Below are positions 42,484 through 54,455 of a stretch of DNA of 64,000 bases, piece after piece. Numbering within the stretch: position 1 is the first letter of the stretch; every line of letters starts with the position of its first letter. The notes beneath the pieces are model-generated. The model ran no database searches. It was not told the origin of the DNA and saw only the letters and a program-made list of their open reading frames with translations. Position numbers and translations under genes: made by a program. Source of the DNA: an uncultured delta proteobacterium (lineage in GTDB: Bacteria; Desulfobacterota; Binatia; UBA9968); NCBI GenBank assembly GCA_963804165.1, contig CAWDPO010000023.1, forward strand, positions 32,001-96,000, in the 5' to 3' direction.

Positions 42484-43368
42484 TCAAACACCCCGCGTCC
42501 GCCCGGTGATCACGTCGTACACGTTGCACGCGATGCCGGTGGCTTCGTAACCGTCCATGCCGGTCGCCTGGGCGATTGAAAACATCTGATACGCCAGGGC
42601 GACGAAAGGCATCGGCACTTCCATCTCGCGCGCCATGTCCAATCCGAAGCCGACGTCTTTGGGCATCCACGATTTGCGCGGCTTATATTTACGGCTGACG
42701 ACAATTTCCATAATGCGGTCGATGGCGACGGAATCCTGCTGCGAGTTTTTCAGGATCGTGCGAAAGGTATCTTCGGTCAAGCCGCCTTTTTTAAGCCAGG
42801 AGCAAATCTCCGCCAGAGTCAAATGAGTCACCGCGGCGAACATCGCCATGGCGTTTTTCACCAGCTTGGCGTTGCCTAACTCACCGACGTAGAGCACCTT
42901 GTTTCCCATGGCATTGAACACGGTCTGATACTCGTCGAAGACTGCTTTCGATCCCGAAAGCCAGAGGGACAACGTCCCGGCCGCCGCCGCTTCTTCAACT
43001 CCGCCCGCCGAGCCATCGACGACGGTCCAGCCTTTTTTTGAAAGCTCGGCATTGACGCCGACGATCGTTTTCTTATCGATGCTGCTGAAATCGATCCAGA
43101 GCTTCGCGCCGCTCGCGGCCTCTTGTAAACCGTTTGGACCGAGACCGACCGTCCGCACCGCTTCATTGTACGGCAGCATCGAGAGCACGATCTCACAGGA
43201 CTCGGCCACTGCTTTCGGCGATTCCTTGAAAACCGCGCCCTGATTTTCGAGCCCCTTTGACTGCTCGCGGCGCAAATCGTTGACGACCAATTTGTTTCCT
43301 GCCTTAATCAAGTTGGCCGCCATGCCGCTGCCCATGCCGCCGGTGCCGATGAATCCTAAAGTTTTCAT
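42484..43368 (-). CDS. NAD(P)-dependent oxidoreductase, beta-hydroxyacid dehydrogenase family
   Basis: GFIGTGGMGSGMAANL, AKLVKN and KDVGF motifs. Confidence 0.88.
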   Translation of the reverse strand: MKTLGFIGTGGMGSGMAANLIKAGNKLVVNDLRREQSKGLENQGAVFKESPKAVAESCEIVLSMLPYNEAVRTVGLGPNGLQEAASGAKLWIDFSSIDKKTIVGVNAELSKKGWTVVDGSAGGVEEAAAAGTLSLWLSGSKAVFDEYQTVFNAMGNKVLYVGELGNAKLVKNAMAMFAAVTHLTLAEICSWLKKGGLTEDTFRTILKNSQQDSVAIDRIMEIVVSRKYKPRKSWMPKDVGFGLDMAREMEVPMPFVALAYQMFSIAQATGMDGYEATGIACNVYDVITGRTRGV

Positions 43369-43405
43369 TTTACCCCCTGTGGCTGAACTGGAAGATTTAT
43401 TACAG

Positions 43406-43786
43406 TCAATCGACGAGACGCACTCCGGCCGGCCAAAACACTAAAACGATCGTCTCACCGATCGCCCGCGGCGTGTGTACGGAATGGGGATCCAAGAATA
43501 CAACATCGCCCTTTTCGTACTCGCCTGTCTCGTCGACAATCTTGCCCTTGAGTACTAGATAGAATTCGCCGCCGAGATGCTCATGCTTGACGAACGCGTC
43601 GGGCGAAGCATCGGCGGCGATCCGGTAAAGCACCAACTCTCGCTGCCCTTCGCGCGCGAGACGCGACATAGACAGACCATTGCCGAAGTCGCGCCACTGC
43701 AGTCGGGTGAGAGCGTCAGCGTGCAAATCGATGGTCAGCAAGTCATTGAGCGACCGGCGCAACATGGCTTCCCCGCGTTGATTCAC
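43406..43786 (-). CDS. ChrR-like cupin domain protein
   Basis: HEHLGGEFYLVLKG...DETG...SVHTP. Confidence 0.8.
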   Translation of the reverse strand: MNQRGEAMLRRSLNDLLTIDLHADALTRLQWRDFGNGLSMSRLAREGQRELVLYRIAADASPDAFVKHEHLGGEFYLVLKGKIVDETGEYEKGDVVFLDPHSVHTPRAIGETIVLVFWPAGVRLVD

Positions 43787-43971
43787 CGGGCTTAATTATC
43801 ACGACTATGCGCCGAACAAAAGTGCGCACAAATGCGAGCTAATCCGCGTAGAGCTATGTCGCCGATGGACATAATTTTCAGCGAAACACTCTGGGTCGCA
43901 CCGCAACCGCGTCTCCGAAAAAATCCGAGAGGCCCTGAAGCCGCTTGCGAAGCGCCACGGTCGCCCGCGCT

Positions 43972-44559
43972 TTACTTTGGAGCGGACGCGGTTGGAGATG
44001 TTTGCGGCAAAGCCGGCAGCGGCACCTGATTTTTCACCGGCGGCAAGCTTTTGAGATATGCCCAGATGGCCTTTAAATCAGCGTCCGTTAGATCCTTCAT
44101 ACTGAACCAAGGCATCGGCGGCAGAATGTCGCGGCCGTTCGGCTGGCCCTGATGCTTGCCGGTTCGGGCCATTTGTATAAACATTTCCTCGCTCCATTCG
44201 CCAATTCCGGTGGCCTTGTCCGGGGTCAAATTGATCGCAAAGCTGACGCCCCACGGCCCCGCCCACGCCGTGAGCGAGCCGTTTGCCGCCGCCACAACGC
44301 CCTTTGTTTGCACATCCTCCGGCGACCATGACGGCGCCGGCATACTTTCCGGATGGCCGGAAAGCAGCTTCGACGTCTCAAGCGCCGGCACGCCGTTCGA
44401 ACCCGGGATCTTTGGCGTGTGGCAGTCGTGACAGCCGCCGAACGTGACTAAATATTTTCCTCGTTCAACCGGAATTTGATTAGCGGTCTGCGCTCTTGAG
44501 CACGCCATAAGCGTCAAACTCATCAGTAGAATGGCAAATGTCTTCTCACCTCGAAACAT
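43972..44559 (-). CDS. c-type cytochrome lipoprotein
   Basis: LMA-C lipobox, RGKYLV...CHDCHTP, NLTPD..TGIG.W and PPMPW motifs. Confidence 0.85.
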   Translation of the reverse strand: MFRGEKTFAILLMSLTLMACSRAQTANQIPVERGKYLVTFGGCHDCHTPKIPGSNGVPALETSKLLSGHPESMPAPSWSPEDVQTKGVVAAANGSLTAWAGPWGVSFAINLTPDKATGIGEWSEEMFIQMARTGKHQGQPNGRDILPPMPWFSMKDLTDADLKAIWAYLKSLPPVKNQVPLPALPQTSPTASAPK

Positions 44560-44771
44560 TCGATTTCCCCCCGGTGGAAATATTTCATTTACGATTGGAA
44601 CTGCGACGACGATTGCGGGTGATGACGTGACTACCGACGAACTCCAATGCTGCTCCGGCACCCGAACAATCAAAAAGTTTCGCTTCAGAGTCTGCACATT
44701 TGAATGCCTTCTTTCGGCATTCGTGAGAGATGTTCTCGCCTTGTTTGCTTCGAACCAGCCCCACTCCTCAG

Positions 44772-44821
44772 CAAAAACGGAAACAGCCCGCCGGATCGTT
44801 TTTGGATCGCCGGCGGGCTGT
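44772..44821 (-). terminator. Intrinsic terminator after rplQ
   Basis: ACAGCCCGCCGG...CCGGCGGGCTGT stem followed by TTCCGTTTTT. Confidence 0.65.
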
Positions 44822-44846
44822 CGAATAAGCCTCTATCAATTAAGTT

Positions 44847-45293
44847 CTATGCCGCTGCTTCTTGCGGCGCCTGTGCCTGCCTGCGGCGCGCCCGGCGGCT
44901 TTTCTTGGCGCCGCCCTTGGCCTCTTGTTTTTCGCTCTCCGCGCCGACGAGCTCGATCACGGACATCTGCGCAGCGTCGCCGCGCCGGATGCCGATCTTG
45001 ATGATCCGCGTATATCCGCCCGGACGATCCTTGAAACGCGGCCCGATCGTGTCGAACAACTTTCGCACCACGGCTTTATCCTGAACGATGCTCAATGCCT
45101 GGCGGCGCGCATGCAAACTTCCCTGCTTGCCGAGAGTAATCACACGGTCGACCCAGCGGCGCAGTTCCTTGGCTTTGGGATCCGTGGTTCGGATCTTCTC
45201 TTCGCGCAGCAGCGACGTAATGAGGTTTCGCATCAGAGCCCAGCGATGGGCCGAGTTGCGGCTGAGTTGTCTCCCCGACTTCAAATGGCGCAT
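44847..45293 (-). CDS. rplQ: 50S ribosomal protein L17
   Basis: [10 protein letters not shown]...RPGGYTRI. Confidence 0.97.
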   Translation of the reverse strand: MRHLKSGRQLSRNSAHRWALMRNLITSLLREEKIRTTDPKAKELRRWVDRVITLGKQGSLHARRQALSIVQDKAVVRKLFDTIGPRFKDRPGGYTRIIKIGIRRGDAAQMSVIELVGAESEKQEAKGGAKKSRRARRRQAQAPQEAAA

Positions 45294-45296
45294 GGC

Positions 45297-46325
45297 TTAG
45301 ACCGGCTCCTTCTCGGCGGCGCGCTTGCGCGCGTCGATCTCTTCGCGCGACGGGAAATGATCGATTTTCATGCCAAGTTCGAGCCCCATCTCCTTGAGAA
45401 TTTCCTTGATCTCGTTCAGCGATTTGTGACCGAAGTTCTTGGTCCGAAGCATCTCCTGTTCGGTCTTTTGCACCAATTCGCCGATATATTTGATGTCGGC
45501 GTTTTGCAGGCAATTTTGCGAGCGCACCGAAAACTCGAGTTCGTCCACGCTGCGAAACAAATTTTCATTCAACGGGATTGCCGGACCGTCATCCTTCTTC
45601 TCGGCGCGCGGCTCCTCTTGAAAATTTACAAAAATGCTAACTTGATCCTGGAGAATCTTGGCGGCGTAAGCCATGGCGTCATCCGGCTTTACGCTGCCGT
45701 CAGTGTGAACCTCAAACACCACACGATCATAATCCGTGCGCTGCCCGACGCGCGCGTTAGCCACAGTAAAATTCACCTTTTGGATCGGCGAAAAAACCGC
45801 GTCGATAAAAATCGTATCGACGGGCGCGCCTTCTTCTTTATTCCGTTCCGCGGGAACATAACCGCGTCCCAGCTTGACCAGCAGCTCCATTTCAAGTTTG
45901 GCATCGCGCGACAACGTGGCGATTTTGTGCTCGGGATTTAAGATCTCGACACTGGGTGGCGCCAGCATGTCTTTGGCGTAAACGACGCCCGGTCCCTTGG
46001 TATCGATGCGCAGGGTTTGTTGTTCACTTTCGTTGAGTCGCAACCTAATTTCCTTCAGGTTCAGTATAATATCAGCGACATCTTCGGTGACGCCGGCGAC
46101 CGTCGAGAACTCGTGCAAGATACCTTTGATGCGTACGGCGACGATCGCGGCGCCCATCAGCGAAGAAAGCATAATGCGCCGCAGTGAGTTGCCGATGGTT
46201 TGGCCGAAGCCGCGTTCGAACGGCTCGGCGTAAAACTTGCCGTAGGTTGAGGTCAGAGTTTTCTCTTCCACCTCCAATTGTTTGGGTTTGATTAGATCCG
46301 TCCAATGCTTATACATTGTCGACAT
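45297..46325 (-). CDS. rpoA: RNA polymerase alpha subunit
   Basis: [17 protein letters not shown] and alpha-[14 protein letters not shown]. Confidence 0.97.
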   Translation of the reverse strand: MSTMYKHWTDLIKPKQLEVEEKTLTSTYGKFYAEPFERGFGQTIGNSLRRIMLSSLMGAAIVAVRIKGILHEFSTVAGVTEDVADIILNLKEIRLRLNESEQQTLRIDTKGPGVVYAKDMLAPPSVEILNPEHKIATLSRDAKLEMELLVKLGRGYVPAERNKEEGAPVDTIFIDAVFSPIQKVNFTVANARVGQRTDYDRVVFEVHTDGSVKPDDAMAYAAKILQDQVSIFVNFQEEPRAEKKDDGPAIPLNENLFRSVDELEFSVRSQNCLQNADIKYIGELVQKTEQEMLRTKNFGHKSLNEIKEILKEMGLELGMKIDHFPSREEIDARKRAAEKEPV

Positions 46326-46345
46326 AGCGTCTCCCAAGTTCGATC

Positions 46346-46972
46346 TCACTTCGAATACAATTCGACGATTAGTTTTTCATTGATGGGCATCGTGACGTCG
46401 CCCCGCGTCGGCAATAGTTTGATTCTGCCGCTGCAAGCTTCACGGTCGACCTCGGTCCAGTCGGGAACACCACGCCGCTGGGCGCCTTCCATGGACGACT
46501 GCACGCGCACGAGTTGGCGGCTCGGCTCTTTCACTGAAACTACATCGCCCGCTCGAACGGTGTACGATGGAATGTTGATCTTTTTACCGTTAACCAGAAT
46601 ATGCCCGTGTCGAACCAAGGTTCGAGCCTCGGCGCGCGAGCTGGCAAAGCCTAGGCGGTACGCGACGTTGTCGAGCCGGCGTTCTAATAGGATCAGTAAA
46701 GTCTCACCGGTGATGCCTTTGGTGCGCGAGGCTTCGGCGAAAGTGCGGCGAAATTGTTTTTCGAGCAAGCCATACATCCGCTTCACTTTTTGCTTCTCGC
46801 GCAGCTGAATACTGTATTCAGAAAATTTGGGTCTGCCTTGACCATGCTGTCCCGGAGGATAGTTTCGTCGTTCGATGGCGCACTTGTCCGTATAGCAGCG
46901 CTCTCCCTTGAGAAAGAGCTTCATATTTTCGCGCCTGCAAAGCCGGCACACAGAGTCGGTATATCTAGCCAA
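46346..46972 (-). CDS. rpsD: 30S ribosomal protein S4
   Basis: TTG start after GAGGAGG; [14 protein letters not shown] and LERRLDN. Confidence 0.97.
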   Translation of the reverse strand: MARYTDSVCRLCRRENMKLFLKGERCYTDKCAIERRNYPPGQHGQGRPKFSEYSIQLREKQKVKRMYGLLEKQFRRTFAEASRTKGITGETLLILLERRLDNVAYRLGFASSRAEARTLVRHGHILVNGKKINIPSYTVRAGDVVSVKEPSRQLVRVQSSMEGAQRRGVPDWTEVDREACSGRIKLLPTRGDVTMPINEKLIVELYSK

Positions 46973-46992
46973 TCGTATTCCTCCTCTAATCG

Positions 46993-47433
46993 TCAAACCC
47001 GTCGTCGTTTTGGCGGACGACACCCGTTATGGGGGATCGGCGTAACGTCTTTGATCAAACTGATGTTAATCCCCGCGGACTGGAGCGCGCGCAACGCCGA
47101 TTCTCGCCCCGCCCCCGGACCCCGGACAAAAATCTGCACGCTTCGTAAGCCATGATCCATGGCCTTTTTCGCCGCGCTGTCGGCCGCTTGCTGGGCCGCG
47201 AAGGGCGTTCCTTTGCGCGATCCCTTGAACCCCATTGCACCAGCGCTCGACCAGGAAATGACGTTGCCTTGGTAATCCGTGATCGTTACGATCGTGTTGT
47301 TAAACGTCGAGTGAATATGCACCACGCCTTCGGCGATGTTTTTTCGTCCACGTTTTTTCCGCGCAGCGCGCTCGCTCGCTTTTTGGTCCGCCTGTCCTTC
47401 AGTTTTCTGCTTTTCGTCCGTGGCATCCGCCAT
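46993..47433 (-). CDS. rpsK: 30S ribosomal protein S11
   Basis: STFNNTIV and [18 protein letters not shown]. Confidence 0.97.
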   Translation of the reverse strand: MADATDEKQKTEGQADQKASERAARKKRGRKNIAEGVVHIHSTFNNTIVTITDYQGNVISWSSAGAMGFKGSRKGTPFAAQQAADSAAKKAMDHGLRSVQIFVRGPGAGRESALRALQSAGINISLIKDVTPIPHNGCRPPKRRRV

Positions 47434-47450
47434 AATCAACTCCTATTCAC

Positions 47451-47834
47451 TTAACCTTTGGATGGTGCTGTTTTCTTGCCCGCGACCGTCTTGCGCGGTC
47501 CCTTACGGGTGCGCGCATTCGTATGGGTGCGCTGGCCGTGCACCGGTAAATTTTTACGATGGCGCTGGCCACGATAGGACCCCATATCAAGGTGGCGCTT
47601 GATATTCGCAGTGACATCGCGCCGAAGATCCCCTTCGACCTTGTAACCCTGTTCGAGAACTTGGCGAATCTTCGCCACATCATCATCGCTCAGGTCGTCG
47701 CTCTTCAGATCCAATGAAATGCCGGCCTTTGTTAGAATCTCTCGCGACGAGCTTCGCCCGATGCCGTAAACATACGTCAACGCGATTTCCATTCTTTTGC
47801 TCTTCGGTAGATCTACACCCGCGACACGTGCCAT
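47451..47834 (-). CDS. rpsM: 30S ribosomal protein S13
   Basis: [10 protein letters not shown]...[13 protein letters not shown]. Confidence 0.97.
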   Translation of the reverse strand: MARVAGVDLPKSKRMEIALTYVYGIGRSSSREILTKAGISLDLKSDDLSDDDVAKIRQVLEQGYKVEGDLRRDVTANIKRHLDMGSYRGQRHRKNLPVHGQRTHTNARTRKGPRKTVAGKKTAPSKG

Positions 47835-47904
47835 ATTCTCACTCCCTTCGGAATCTCAAAAGCTTAAAACTCGCGGACAAATCACAACGTTGCGCTAAGT
47901 ACGA

Positions 47905-48018
47905 TTAGCCCTGTCGTTGCTTATGCTTGGTATTCTCGCACTGGATTCGTACCACGCCCTTGCGGCGAATCACTTTGCATTTACTGCAGATTTTCTTAAC
48001 CGATGCCCTGACCTTCAC
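47905..48018 (-). CDS. rpmJ: 50S ribosomal protein L36 (Zn-binding type)
   Basis: Manual translation from GTG: [37 protein letters not shown]. Confidence 0.95.
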   Translation of the reverse strand: MKVRASVKKICSKCKVIRRKGVVRIQCENTKHKQRQG

Positions 48019-48033
48019 GATTTCTCCTATGTT

Positions 48034-48252
48034 TTAACGTTCCCGGAAAATGATCCGTCCCCTGGCCAAGTCATAGGGAGAAAGCTCGATCTTCACTTTG
48101 TCGCCGGGAAGTATTTTGATGTAGTGCATACGCATCTTGCCGGAAATATGAGCCAACACTTTATGGCCATTGTCCAACTCGACCCGAAACATCGCGTTGG
48201 GCAGCGTTTCCAAAACTGTTCCTGTGACTTCAATGGCATCTTCTTTTGGCAT
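48034..48252 (-). CDS. infA: Translation initiation factor IF-1
   Basis: [10 protein letters not shown]...HISGKMR. Confidence 0.97.
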   Translation of the reverse strand: MPKEDAIEVTGTVLETLPNAMFRVELDNGHKVLAHISGKMRMHYIKILPGDKVKIELSPYDLARGRIIFRER

Positions 48253-48284
48253 AGGAAATTCGACCGCAGCGCTTCTCCTTACGG

Positions 48285-49043
48285 CTAGAGTTGACTCAAA
48301 ATATACGGCCCGTTTTTTGTTATCGCTACCGAATGCTCGAAATGGGCGGCTAAACTACCATCTTTCGTTACCGCGGTCCAACCGTCCTCCTTTATCTCAA
48401 CTTCGTAGCTTCCGGCGTTCACCATCGGTTCGATCGCCAGGACCATACCTTCTCTTAGACGGAGGCCACGGTCGGGTTCGCCGTAATTTGGCACCGGCGG
48501 TTCCTCATGCAATTTCTTGCCGATCCCATGCCCAACGAACGCTCGCACCACCGAATAGCCCGCGTTTTCGGCGATCCGTTGAACCACTGCTCCCAAATCG
48601 CCTAATCGCTTGCCGTCGACAAGTTCCTCAATTCCCCGGTACAACGATTGCTCCGTGACATCCATCAGCCGCTGCGCTTCCTCGCTCACCTTACCCACCC
48701 CGACGGTAATCGCCGAGTCACCGTAGAAACCTTCGTAAATGACTCCGTAATCCAGACCGATAATGTCGCCTTCGCTAAGCGCCCGGTTCGAGGGAATCCC
48801 GTGAACAATCTCATTATTGACCGACGCGCATAAACAACGGGGATAAATCCGACCCGCCACGTTATAGCCCTTGAAGGCGGGAACCGCGTTTTTTTTGAGC
48901 GTGAATTCTTCGGCAATGGCATCCAACTCCAAGGTCGTCACACCGGGGGCAACGTGTCTTTTTAGCTCCTGCAGGACTTCCGCGACGATGACGTTAGCTC
49001 GTCTCATGATCTCGATTTCTCGAGCCGACTTGAGCGAAATCAC
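48285..49043 (-). CDS. map: Methionine aminopeptidase type I
   Basis: VHGIP, GHGIG..LHEEP and AHFEH motifs. Confidence 0.96.
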   Translation of the reverse strand: MISLKSAREIEIMRRANVIVAEVLQELKRHVAPGVTTLELDAIAEEFTLKKNAVPAFKGYNVAGRIYPRCLCASVNNEIVHGIPSNRALSEGDIIGLDYGVIYEGFYGDSAITVGVGKVSEEAQRLMDVTEQSLYRGIEELVDGKRLGDLGAVVQRIAENAGYSVVRAFVGHGIGKKLHEEPPVPNYGEPDRGLRLREGMVLAIEPMVNAGSYEVEIKEDGWTAVTKDGSLAAHFEHSVAITKNGPYILSQL

Positions 49044-49047
49044 GTCG

Positions 49048-49704
49048 CTACACCTTCAAGGCCTGGATGATCCGCGCGCGGATCTCGTCAACGTCCCCGA
49101 CTCCGTCGATTTCCCGCAACACCCCTTGCCCCTGATAATAATCGACCAAAGGAGCAGTTTGATCTTCATAGACCTTGAGGCGGTTTGCGATCGTCTCCTC
49201 GCGGTCATCGTCGCGCTGGTAAAGCGCGCCACCGCAGCGGTCGCACACGCCCTCTTTCTTAGGAGGTGTGAATACCACATGAGAGAGAGCGCCGCATTCT
49301 CGACAAGTCCGGCGGCCAGCGAGTCTTTCAATTATAACGTTATGGGGTACCCGGACCGACAACACGGCGCTGAGGCGGATCCCACTTTGATTGAGAATCG
49401 CATCGAGGCTTGCCGCTTGGGGGATTGTTCTCGGAAATCCGTCTAGGATAAATCCCTTTTCGCAGTCCTTCTCCTTTAACCGCTCCGCGACCAAGTCGAC
49501 GATCACGCTGTCCGGCACTAAAGCGCCGCGATTGATATATTCCGACGCCTCCCTGCCCAGTGGCGTCCGCTCCGCCACGGCCTTACGTAAGATATCACCG
49601 GTCGAAATCTGGCATGCAGAAAATTCTTCCTCCAGAAGTTTTGCCTGAGTCCCCTTCCCTGCTCCCGGCGGACCCAGCAATACGACGCGCGTACCTGCGG
49701 CCAC
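49048..49704 (-). CDS. adk: Adenylate kinase
   Basis: GPPGAGKGT, LDGFPR and a zinc lid. Confidence 0.96.
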   Translation of the reverse strand: MAAGTRVVLLGPPGAGKGTQAKLLEEEFSACQISTGDILRKAVAERTPLGREASEYINRGALVPDSVIVDLVAERLKEKDCEKGFILDGFPRTIPQAASLDAILNQSGIRLSAVLSVRVPHNVIIERLAGRRTCRECGALSHVVFTPPKKEGVCDRCGGALYQRDDDREETIANRLKVYEDQTAPLVDYYQGQGVLREIDGVGDVDEIRARIIQALKV

Positions 49705-49706
49705 GC

Positions 49707-51017
49707 TTAGCCTCTTCTTCCGCGCAACCGCCCCCGCTTCATAAATCCTTCGTAATTGCGGGTGATCAAATGAGTTTCCATTTGCGCCACGGTATCCAAC
49801 GCTACACCGACGACGATCAACAGCGCCGTGCCGCCGAAATAGAAAGGCACATTAAACTGTCTGACCAACAGGGTTGGCAGAAGTGAGACGATACACAGGT
49901 AAATCGCCCCGCTCAAAGTGATCCGTGACAACACTCGCTCAATGTATTCGGCGGTCTTTTGCCCAGGCCGAATACCAGGAATATATCCCCCCGCCTTTTT
50001 CATATTCTCCGCGACGTCGCTCGGATTGAACACCACGGCCGTGTAGAAGAAAGCGAAAAAGATGATCAGAATAATGTAGACCAAATCATGCAGCCAAGTG
50101 CCTGGCGCCAGCGCCCCGGAAGCCGTTTGTACCCACGGGTGATTGGCAAATTGCGCCAATGTCGCCGGAAAAATCAGGATCGACGACGCAAAAATTGGCG
50201 GTATCACGTTAGCGGTGTTGATCTTCAGAGGCAGGTGTGAAGTCATGCCGCCGTACATTTTGCGGCCCACGACGCGCTTGGCATATTGCACCGGGATGCG
50301 TCGTTGGCCCCGTTCCACAAAAATAATCGAGCCGACGACGAGTACGCTCAAAACGAGAATCAGCAAAGCCACCAAAGGTCCTAGCTCACCTTCACGCATG
50401 AACTGCAAAGTCGTGGTCACCGCCGATGGCAGCCGTGCGACAATGCCGGCAAAAATGATCAACGAGATTCCGTTGCCGATACCGCGCTCGGTGATCTGTT
50501 CTCCGAGCCACATGATAAAGGCGGTGCCTGAGGTCAACGTGATCACGGTCATCAACCGGAATGACCAGCCGGGAGTCAACACCAAACTATGGCCACCTGA
50601 AATTTGCGTGCCTTCCAACCCGACGCTGATCATAATCCCCTGAATGATCGACAACACCACGGTGCCATAACGAGTGTATTGGGTGATCTTGCGCCGCCCG
50701 ATTTCGCCTTCCTTGGATAGTCTTTCCAAATAGGGAAAAACCACCGTCAGTAGCTGCAAAATAATCGACGCGCTGATATAGGGCATGATGCCCAGCGAAA
50801 ATACCGAAAACTGCTCCAGCGCACCGCCGGAAAACAGATTCAGAAACCCGAACAAGGTGTTTTTTTGCTGATCGAAAAACGCCGCCATCGCTTGTCGGTC
50901 GATGCCCGGCGTCGGCACGTGCACGCCCAGGCGATACACCGCCAGCATGCCCAACGTGAATAACAGGCGGCGGCGCAGCTCGGGAATGCGCGAGGCGTTT
51001 TGAAAACCGTTAAGCAT
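49707..51017 (-). CDS. secY: Preprotein translocase SecY
   Basis: [22 protein letters not shown] and IPGIRPG motifs. Confidence 0.97.
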   Translation of the reverse strand: MLNGFQNASRIPELRRRLLFTLGMLAVYRLGVHVPTPGIDRQAMAAFFDQQKNTLFGFLNLFSGGALEQFSVFSLGIMPYISASIILQLLTVVFPYLERLSKEGEIGRRKITQYTRYGTVVLSIIQGIMISVGLEGTQISGGHSLVLTPGWSFRLMTVITLTSGTAFIMWLGEQITERGIGNGISLIIFAGIVARLPSAVTTTLQFMREGELGPLVALLILVLSVLVVGSIIFVERGQRRIPVQYAKRVVGRKMYGGMTSHLPLKINTANVIPPIFASSILIFPATLAQFANHPWVQTASGALAPGTWLHDLVYIILIIFFAFFYTAVVFNPSDVAENMKKAGGYIPGIRPGQKTAEYIERVLSRITLSGAIYLCIVSLLPTLLVRQFNVPFYFGGTALLIVVGVALDTVAQMETHLITRNYEGFMKRGRLRGRRG

Positions 51018-51465
51018 GAACTGCGATCAATTCCGCTTTGCCGCCCGCCGCTTCGATTTTCTCTTTGGCCGACGCCGAAAAGCCATGGGCCTTGACCGTC
51101 AATGCGCGCGACAGCGAACCTTCGCCGAGAATTTTTACCCGCCGGTTTTTACCGGCGATCAAGCCATGCGCCGCCAAGTTTTCCGGGCCGATCTCGCTGG
51201 CTTCGGCGAGCGCTTCGAGTTGACTTAAATTAACCACCGCCATTTGCACGCGGAAAATATTGTGAAAACCTCGCTTCGGCAAGCGGCGTTGCAACGGCAT
51301 CTGACCGCCTTCGAATCCCGGCTGGACGTTGCCCCCCGAGCGCGCGCCTTGGCCCTTGTGGCCGCGGCACGAGGTCTTGCCGTGTCCGGAGCCGTCGCCG
51401 CGTCCGACGCGCTTGCGTTTCTTGTTCGAGCCGGGCGCCGGCTTTAAATCTTCGAGTCTCATCAT
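51010..51465 (-). CDS. rplO: 50S ribosomal protein L15
   Basis: [17 protein letters not shown]. Confidence 0.97.
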   Translation of the reverse strand: MMRLEDLKPAPGSNKKRKRVGRGDGSGHGKTSCRGHKGQGARSGGNVQPGFEGGQMPLQRRLPKRGFHNIFRVQMAVVNLSQLEALAEASEIGPENLAAHGLIAGKNRRVKILGEGSLSRALTVKAHGFSASAKEKIEAAGGKAELIAVHA

Positions 51466-51968
51466 TAACGAATCTCCGCCAATACTTTGCCGCGCCGGTC
51501 GGCAATTTCCTCCGGAGCGCGCAGTTCGCGCAAGGCTTCGATTGTGGCCTTGACCATGTTATGCGGGTTGTTGGAGCCGATGCATTTCGTCAATACGTTT
51601 TGAATCCCGGATGCCTCCACGACGGCGCGAACCCCGCCTCCGGCAATCACGCCGGTGCCGTCCGACGCCGGCTTGAGAATCACATATCCCGCGCCGTATC
51701 GACCCGTCACTTCGAACGGAATGGTGCCGTCCATAACCGGTACTCGTATCAAATTCTTCTTGGCTTGCTCTAAGCCTTTGCGGATCGCCTCCGGCACTTC
51801 ATTCGCCTTGCCCATACCGTAACCGACCAGCGAGCGGCTGTCACCGACGACGACGAGAGCGCTGAAACTGAAGCGGCGCCCGCCTTTGACAACTTTAGCC
51901 ACTCGGCTGATGTGAACTACTTTTTCCTTGAGATCCAATCCTTGCGCATCAATCCGTTCCAAAGGCAC
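51465..51968 (-). CDS. rpsE: 30S ribosomal protein S5
   Basis: [14 protein letters not shown]. Confidence 0.97.
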   Translation of the reverse strand: MPLERIDAQGLDLKEKVVHISRVAKVVKGGRRFSFSALVVVGDSRSLVGYGMGKANEVPEAIRKGLEQAKKNLIRVPVMDGTIPFEVTGRYGAGYVILKPASDGTGVIAGGGVRAVVEASGIQNVLTKCIGSNNPHNMVKATIEALRELRAPEEIADRRGKVLAEIR

Positions 51969-51989
51969 CTCTCGTTTCGCGAGTTGACG

Positions 51990-52352
51990 TCAAAATTCCA
52001 ATCCGCCTTCACGGGCGCCATCGGCCAAGGCCTTCACCCGTCCGTGGAAAAGAAAACCGTTGCGGTCGAATACGACTTTGCTGATATTTTTTTGCTTGCA
52101 AACTTTCGCCAGCGCGAGACCGACCTGCTTGGCCACTTCGACACCTTTGCTCTTTTCAGCGGCGCTCGCGAGCTCGCCCGCGAGCGTAGATACCGCCGCC
52201 AAAGTTTTTCCCTGAGTGTCGGATATGACTTGGGCATAAATATGCTTGTTGCTGCGAAATACGCACACCCGTGGACGTGCATCCGTGCCAACGACTTTGC
52301 GGCGAACGCGCACCTTGCGGCGCAGCCTTGCGATATCTCCCCGTCTATTCAT
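51990..52352 (-). CDS. rplR: 50S ribosomal protein L18
   Basis: [14 protein letters not shown] and VVFDR. Confidence 0.97.
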   Translation of the reverse strand: MNRRGDIARLRRKVRVRRKVVGTDARPRVCVFRSNKHIYAQVISDTQGKTLAAVSTLAGELASAAEKSKGVEVAKQVGLALAKVCKQKNISKVVFDRNGFLFHGRVKALADGAREGGLEF

Positions 52353-52373
52353 GATCTCGGATTCCTCAACGCT

Positions 52374-52925
52374 CTATTTTCCACTCGCCGAACCCACTGC
52401 CTTGCCCGCTTTGCGCTTAATAAACTCTTCGCGATATTTAATTCCCTTTCCCTTGTACGGCTCCGGCGGCCTGAGGTCGCGGATCTTTGCGGCCGTTTCG
52501 CCGAGCAACTGGCGATCGGCGCTGCTGAGCGTGATGATGATCTGGCGTTCCACTGATGCCGTCACCCCCTGCGGCAGCGGAAAAACCACCGGATGGGAAT
52601 AGCCCAAAGTCATGTGGACCTCTTGACCCTTAACTTCGGCCCGATAGCCGACGCCGTTGATATCCAGCACACGGTTAAATCCCTGACTCACTCCCTGGGC
52701 CATGTTCGCGATGAGCTTTCGGGTAAGCCCGTGCAGCGCGCGGATCTTGCGATCATCGAGCTGGCGCTCGACGCGCACGACATTGCCGTCGACTCTCACT
52801 TCCACGCCCACAGGAATCGCCGTTTGAAGTTTTCCCTTGGGACCCTCCAAGCGAACACCACTTGGGTCGACCGCGACCTTCACGCCTGCGGGAATGGTTA
52901 CCGGTAATTTTCCAATACGTGACAC
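52374..52925 (-). CDS. rplF: 50S ribosomal protein L6
   Basis: MSRIGKLP and PEPYKGKG. Confidence 0.97.
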   Translation of the reverse strand: MSRIGKLPVTIPAGVKVAVDPSGVRLEGPKGKLQTAIPVGVEVRVDGNVVRVERQLDDRKIRALHGLTRKLIANMAQGVSQGFNRVLDINGVGYRAEVKGQEVHMTLGYSHPVVFPLPQGVTASVERQIIITLSSADRQLLGETAAKIRDLRPPEPYKGKGIKYREEFIKRKAGKAVGSASGK

Positions 52926-52943
52926 CTGACACCTCGACTCGAA

Positions 52944-53348
52944 CTACCACACCGAGCAAATAAGTTCTCCGCCGACCTTGGCTTTTTGAGCTTCCCGGTC
53001 GACCAGTATTCCTTTGGGGGTCGAAAGAACATGAATCCCCAAACCCTTGCGAACGGGCGCCAAGGCCTTTGCGCCGACGTAAACCCGGCGGCCCGGCGAG
53101 CTCACGCGTTTCATTCCCACAATGATCGGCCGACTCTCGCGGTCGAACTTGAGTTGAATGACTATTTCGTCGCCGCCGCCGAGCGCTGCCTTAACCTTCT
53201 TCTGGTCTTTCAGATAGCCTTCTTGAATTAGAATTTTTACAATGTTCTCTTTCAAGCGCGACCATGGAACGGCGACTCTCTGGTGCCGTGCTCGTGACGC
53301 GTTTCGTATCCGCGTTAGCAAGTCCGCAATCGGATCCGTCATTCCCAT
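52944..53348 (-). CDS. rpsH: 30S ribosomal protein S8
   Basis: DPIADLLTRIRN and GGELIC. Confidence 0.97.
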   Translation of the reverse strand: MGMTDPIADLLTRIRNASRARHQRVAVPWSRLKENIVKILIQEGYLKDQKKVKAALGGGDEIVIQLKFDRESRPIIVGMKRVSSPGRRVYVGAKALAPVRKGLGIHVLSTPKGILVDREAQKAKVGGELICSVW

Positions 53349-53363
53349 GATTCTCTCCGTAGC

Positions 53364-53549
53364 CTACCAACTGGCCTTAATGAGTCCGGGGATATGGCCT
53401 TTACGCGCGTGATCGCGCAGGCAAAGCCGGCACATGCGAAAGCGCCGGTAAAAAGCTCGCGCCCGACCGCAAAGGGGGCAGCGATTGTACTCTCGCACCT
53501 TAAATTTGTTCGGCCTTTCAGCCTTGATTCGAAGACAGGTCTTGGCCAA
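53364..53549 (-). CDS. rpsN: 30S ribosomal protein S14 type Z
   Basis: 61 aa with CPLC...CRLC. Confidence 0.96.
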   Translation of the reverse strand: MAKTCLRIKAERPNKFKVREYNRCPLCGRARAFYRRFRMCRLCLRDHARKGHIPGLIKASW

Positions 53550-53569
53550 TGGAAGTCTCCCTCTCTCGA

Positions 53570-54109
53570 CTAACTGGCGAACGGCATGCCCATCAGTTTG
53601 AGCAGCGCACGACCTTCCTGGTCCGTTTTCGCCGTGGTTGCTATCGTAACCGTCATGCCGCGCGATTTTTCAACTTTATCAGCGTGAATTTCCGGAAAAA
53701 TGATCTGCTCGCGCAAACCCAAGGAGTAATTGCCCCGGCCATCAAACGAGCGATCCGACACTCCCTTGAAATCGCGCACCCGCGGCAACGCCACGTGAAT
53801 CAAGCGGTCCAAGAATTCATACATGCGCTCTTGGCGCAATGTCACCATGCAGCCGATCGGCACGCCCTCGCGCAGTTTGAAATTCGCGATGGCCTTTTTC
53901 GCGTGCGTGACTACGGGTTTTTGCCCGGTGATCAAGGTAATCTCGGCGACCGCCGCGTCGACAACTTTGACATTCTGCGTCGCCTCGCCCAAACCGACAT
54001 TCAATGTGATCTTCGACAGGCGCGGCACTTGCATGGAGTTCTTATAGCTGAACTCCTTCATCATGGCCGGGACAACATCACTCTTATATTTGGTTTTCAA
54101 TCGTGCCAT
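53570..54109 (-). CDS. rplE: 50S ribosomal protein L5
   Basis: ITGQKP, LPRVRDF and FDGRGNY motifs. Confidence 0.97.
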   Translation of the reverse strand: MARLKTKYKSDVVPAMMKEFSYKNSMQVPRLSKITLNVGLGEATQNVKVVDAAVAEITLITGQKPVVTHAKKAIANFKLREGVPIGCMVTLRQERMYEFLDRLIHVALPRVRDFKGVSDRSFDGRGNYSLGLREQIIFPEIHADKVEKSRGMTVTIATTAKTDQEGRALLKLMGMPFAS

Positions 54110-54119
54110 GGTCGCACCA

Positions 54120-54437
54120 CTAATCCAAAGCCTCTTTGCAGCGGCGGCAGATTCTGATCTTTTTCCCATCGCCGAGAATCTTCCGACCGATCCTTACCGG
54201 CGCGTTACATTTGTCGCACAGGATCATGATATTGGAGGCATGAATCGATGCCTCTTTTTCGATGATCCCGCCGGGCTGTTGCGGACCGCGCGGCTTGGTA
54301 TGCCGCTTGACCATATTGAGTCTTTCGACGATGACCGCATCTTCGTCCGGCAGAACTCGGAGCACCTTGCCGGTTTTGCCGCGTTCCCTACCGCCGATCA
54401 CCATCACGCTGTCGTTCTTACGAATCTGCACGAGCAA
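54120..54437 (-). CDS. rplX: 50S ribosomal protein L24
   Basis: KOW motif and EASIHASN. Confidence 0.96.
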   Translation of the reverse strand: MLVQIRKNDSVMVIGGRERGKTGKVLRVLPDEDAVIVERLNMVKRHTKPRGPQQPGGIIEKEASIHASNIMILCDKCNAPVRIGRKILGDGKKIRICRRCKEALD

Positions 54438-54455
54438 CTTCTCCTCGATGTCCGA

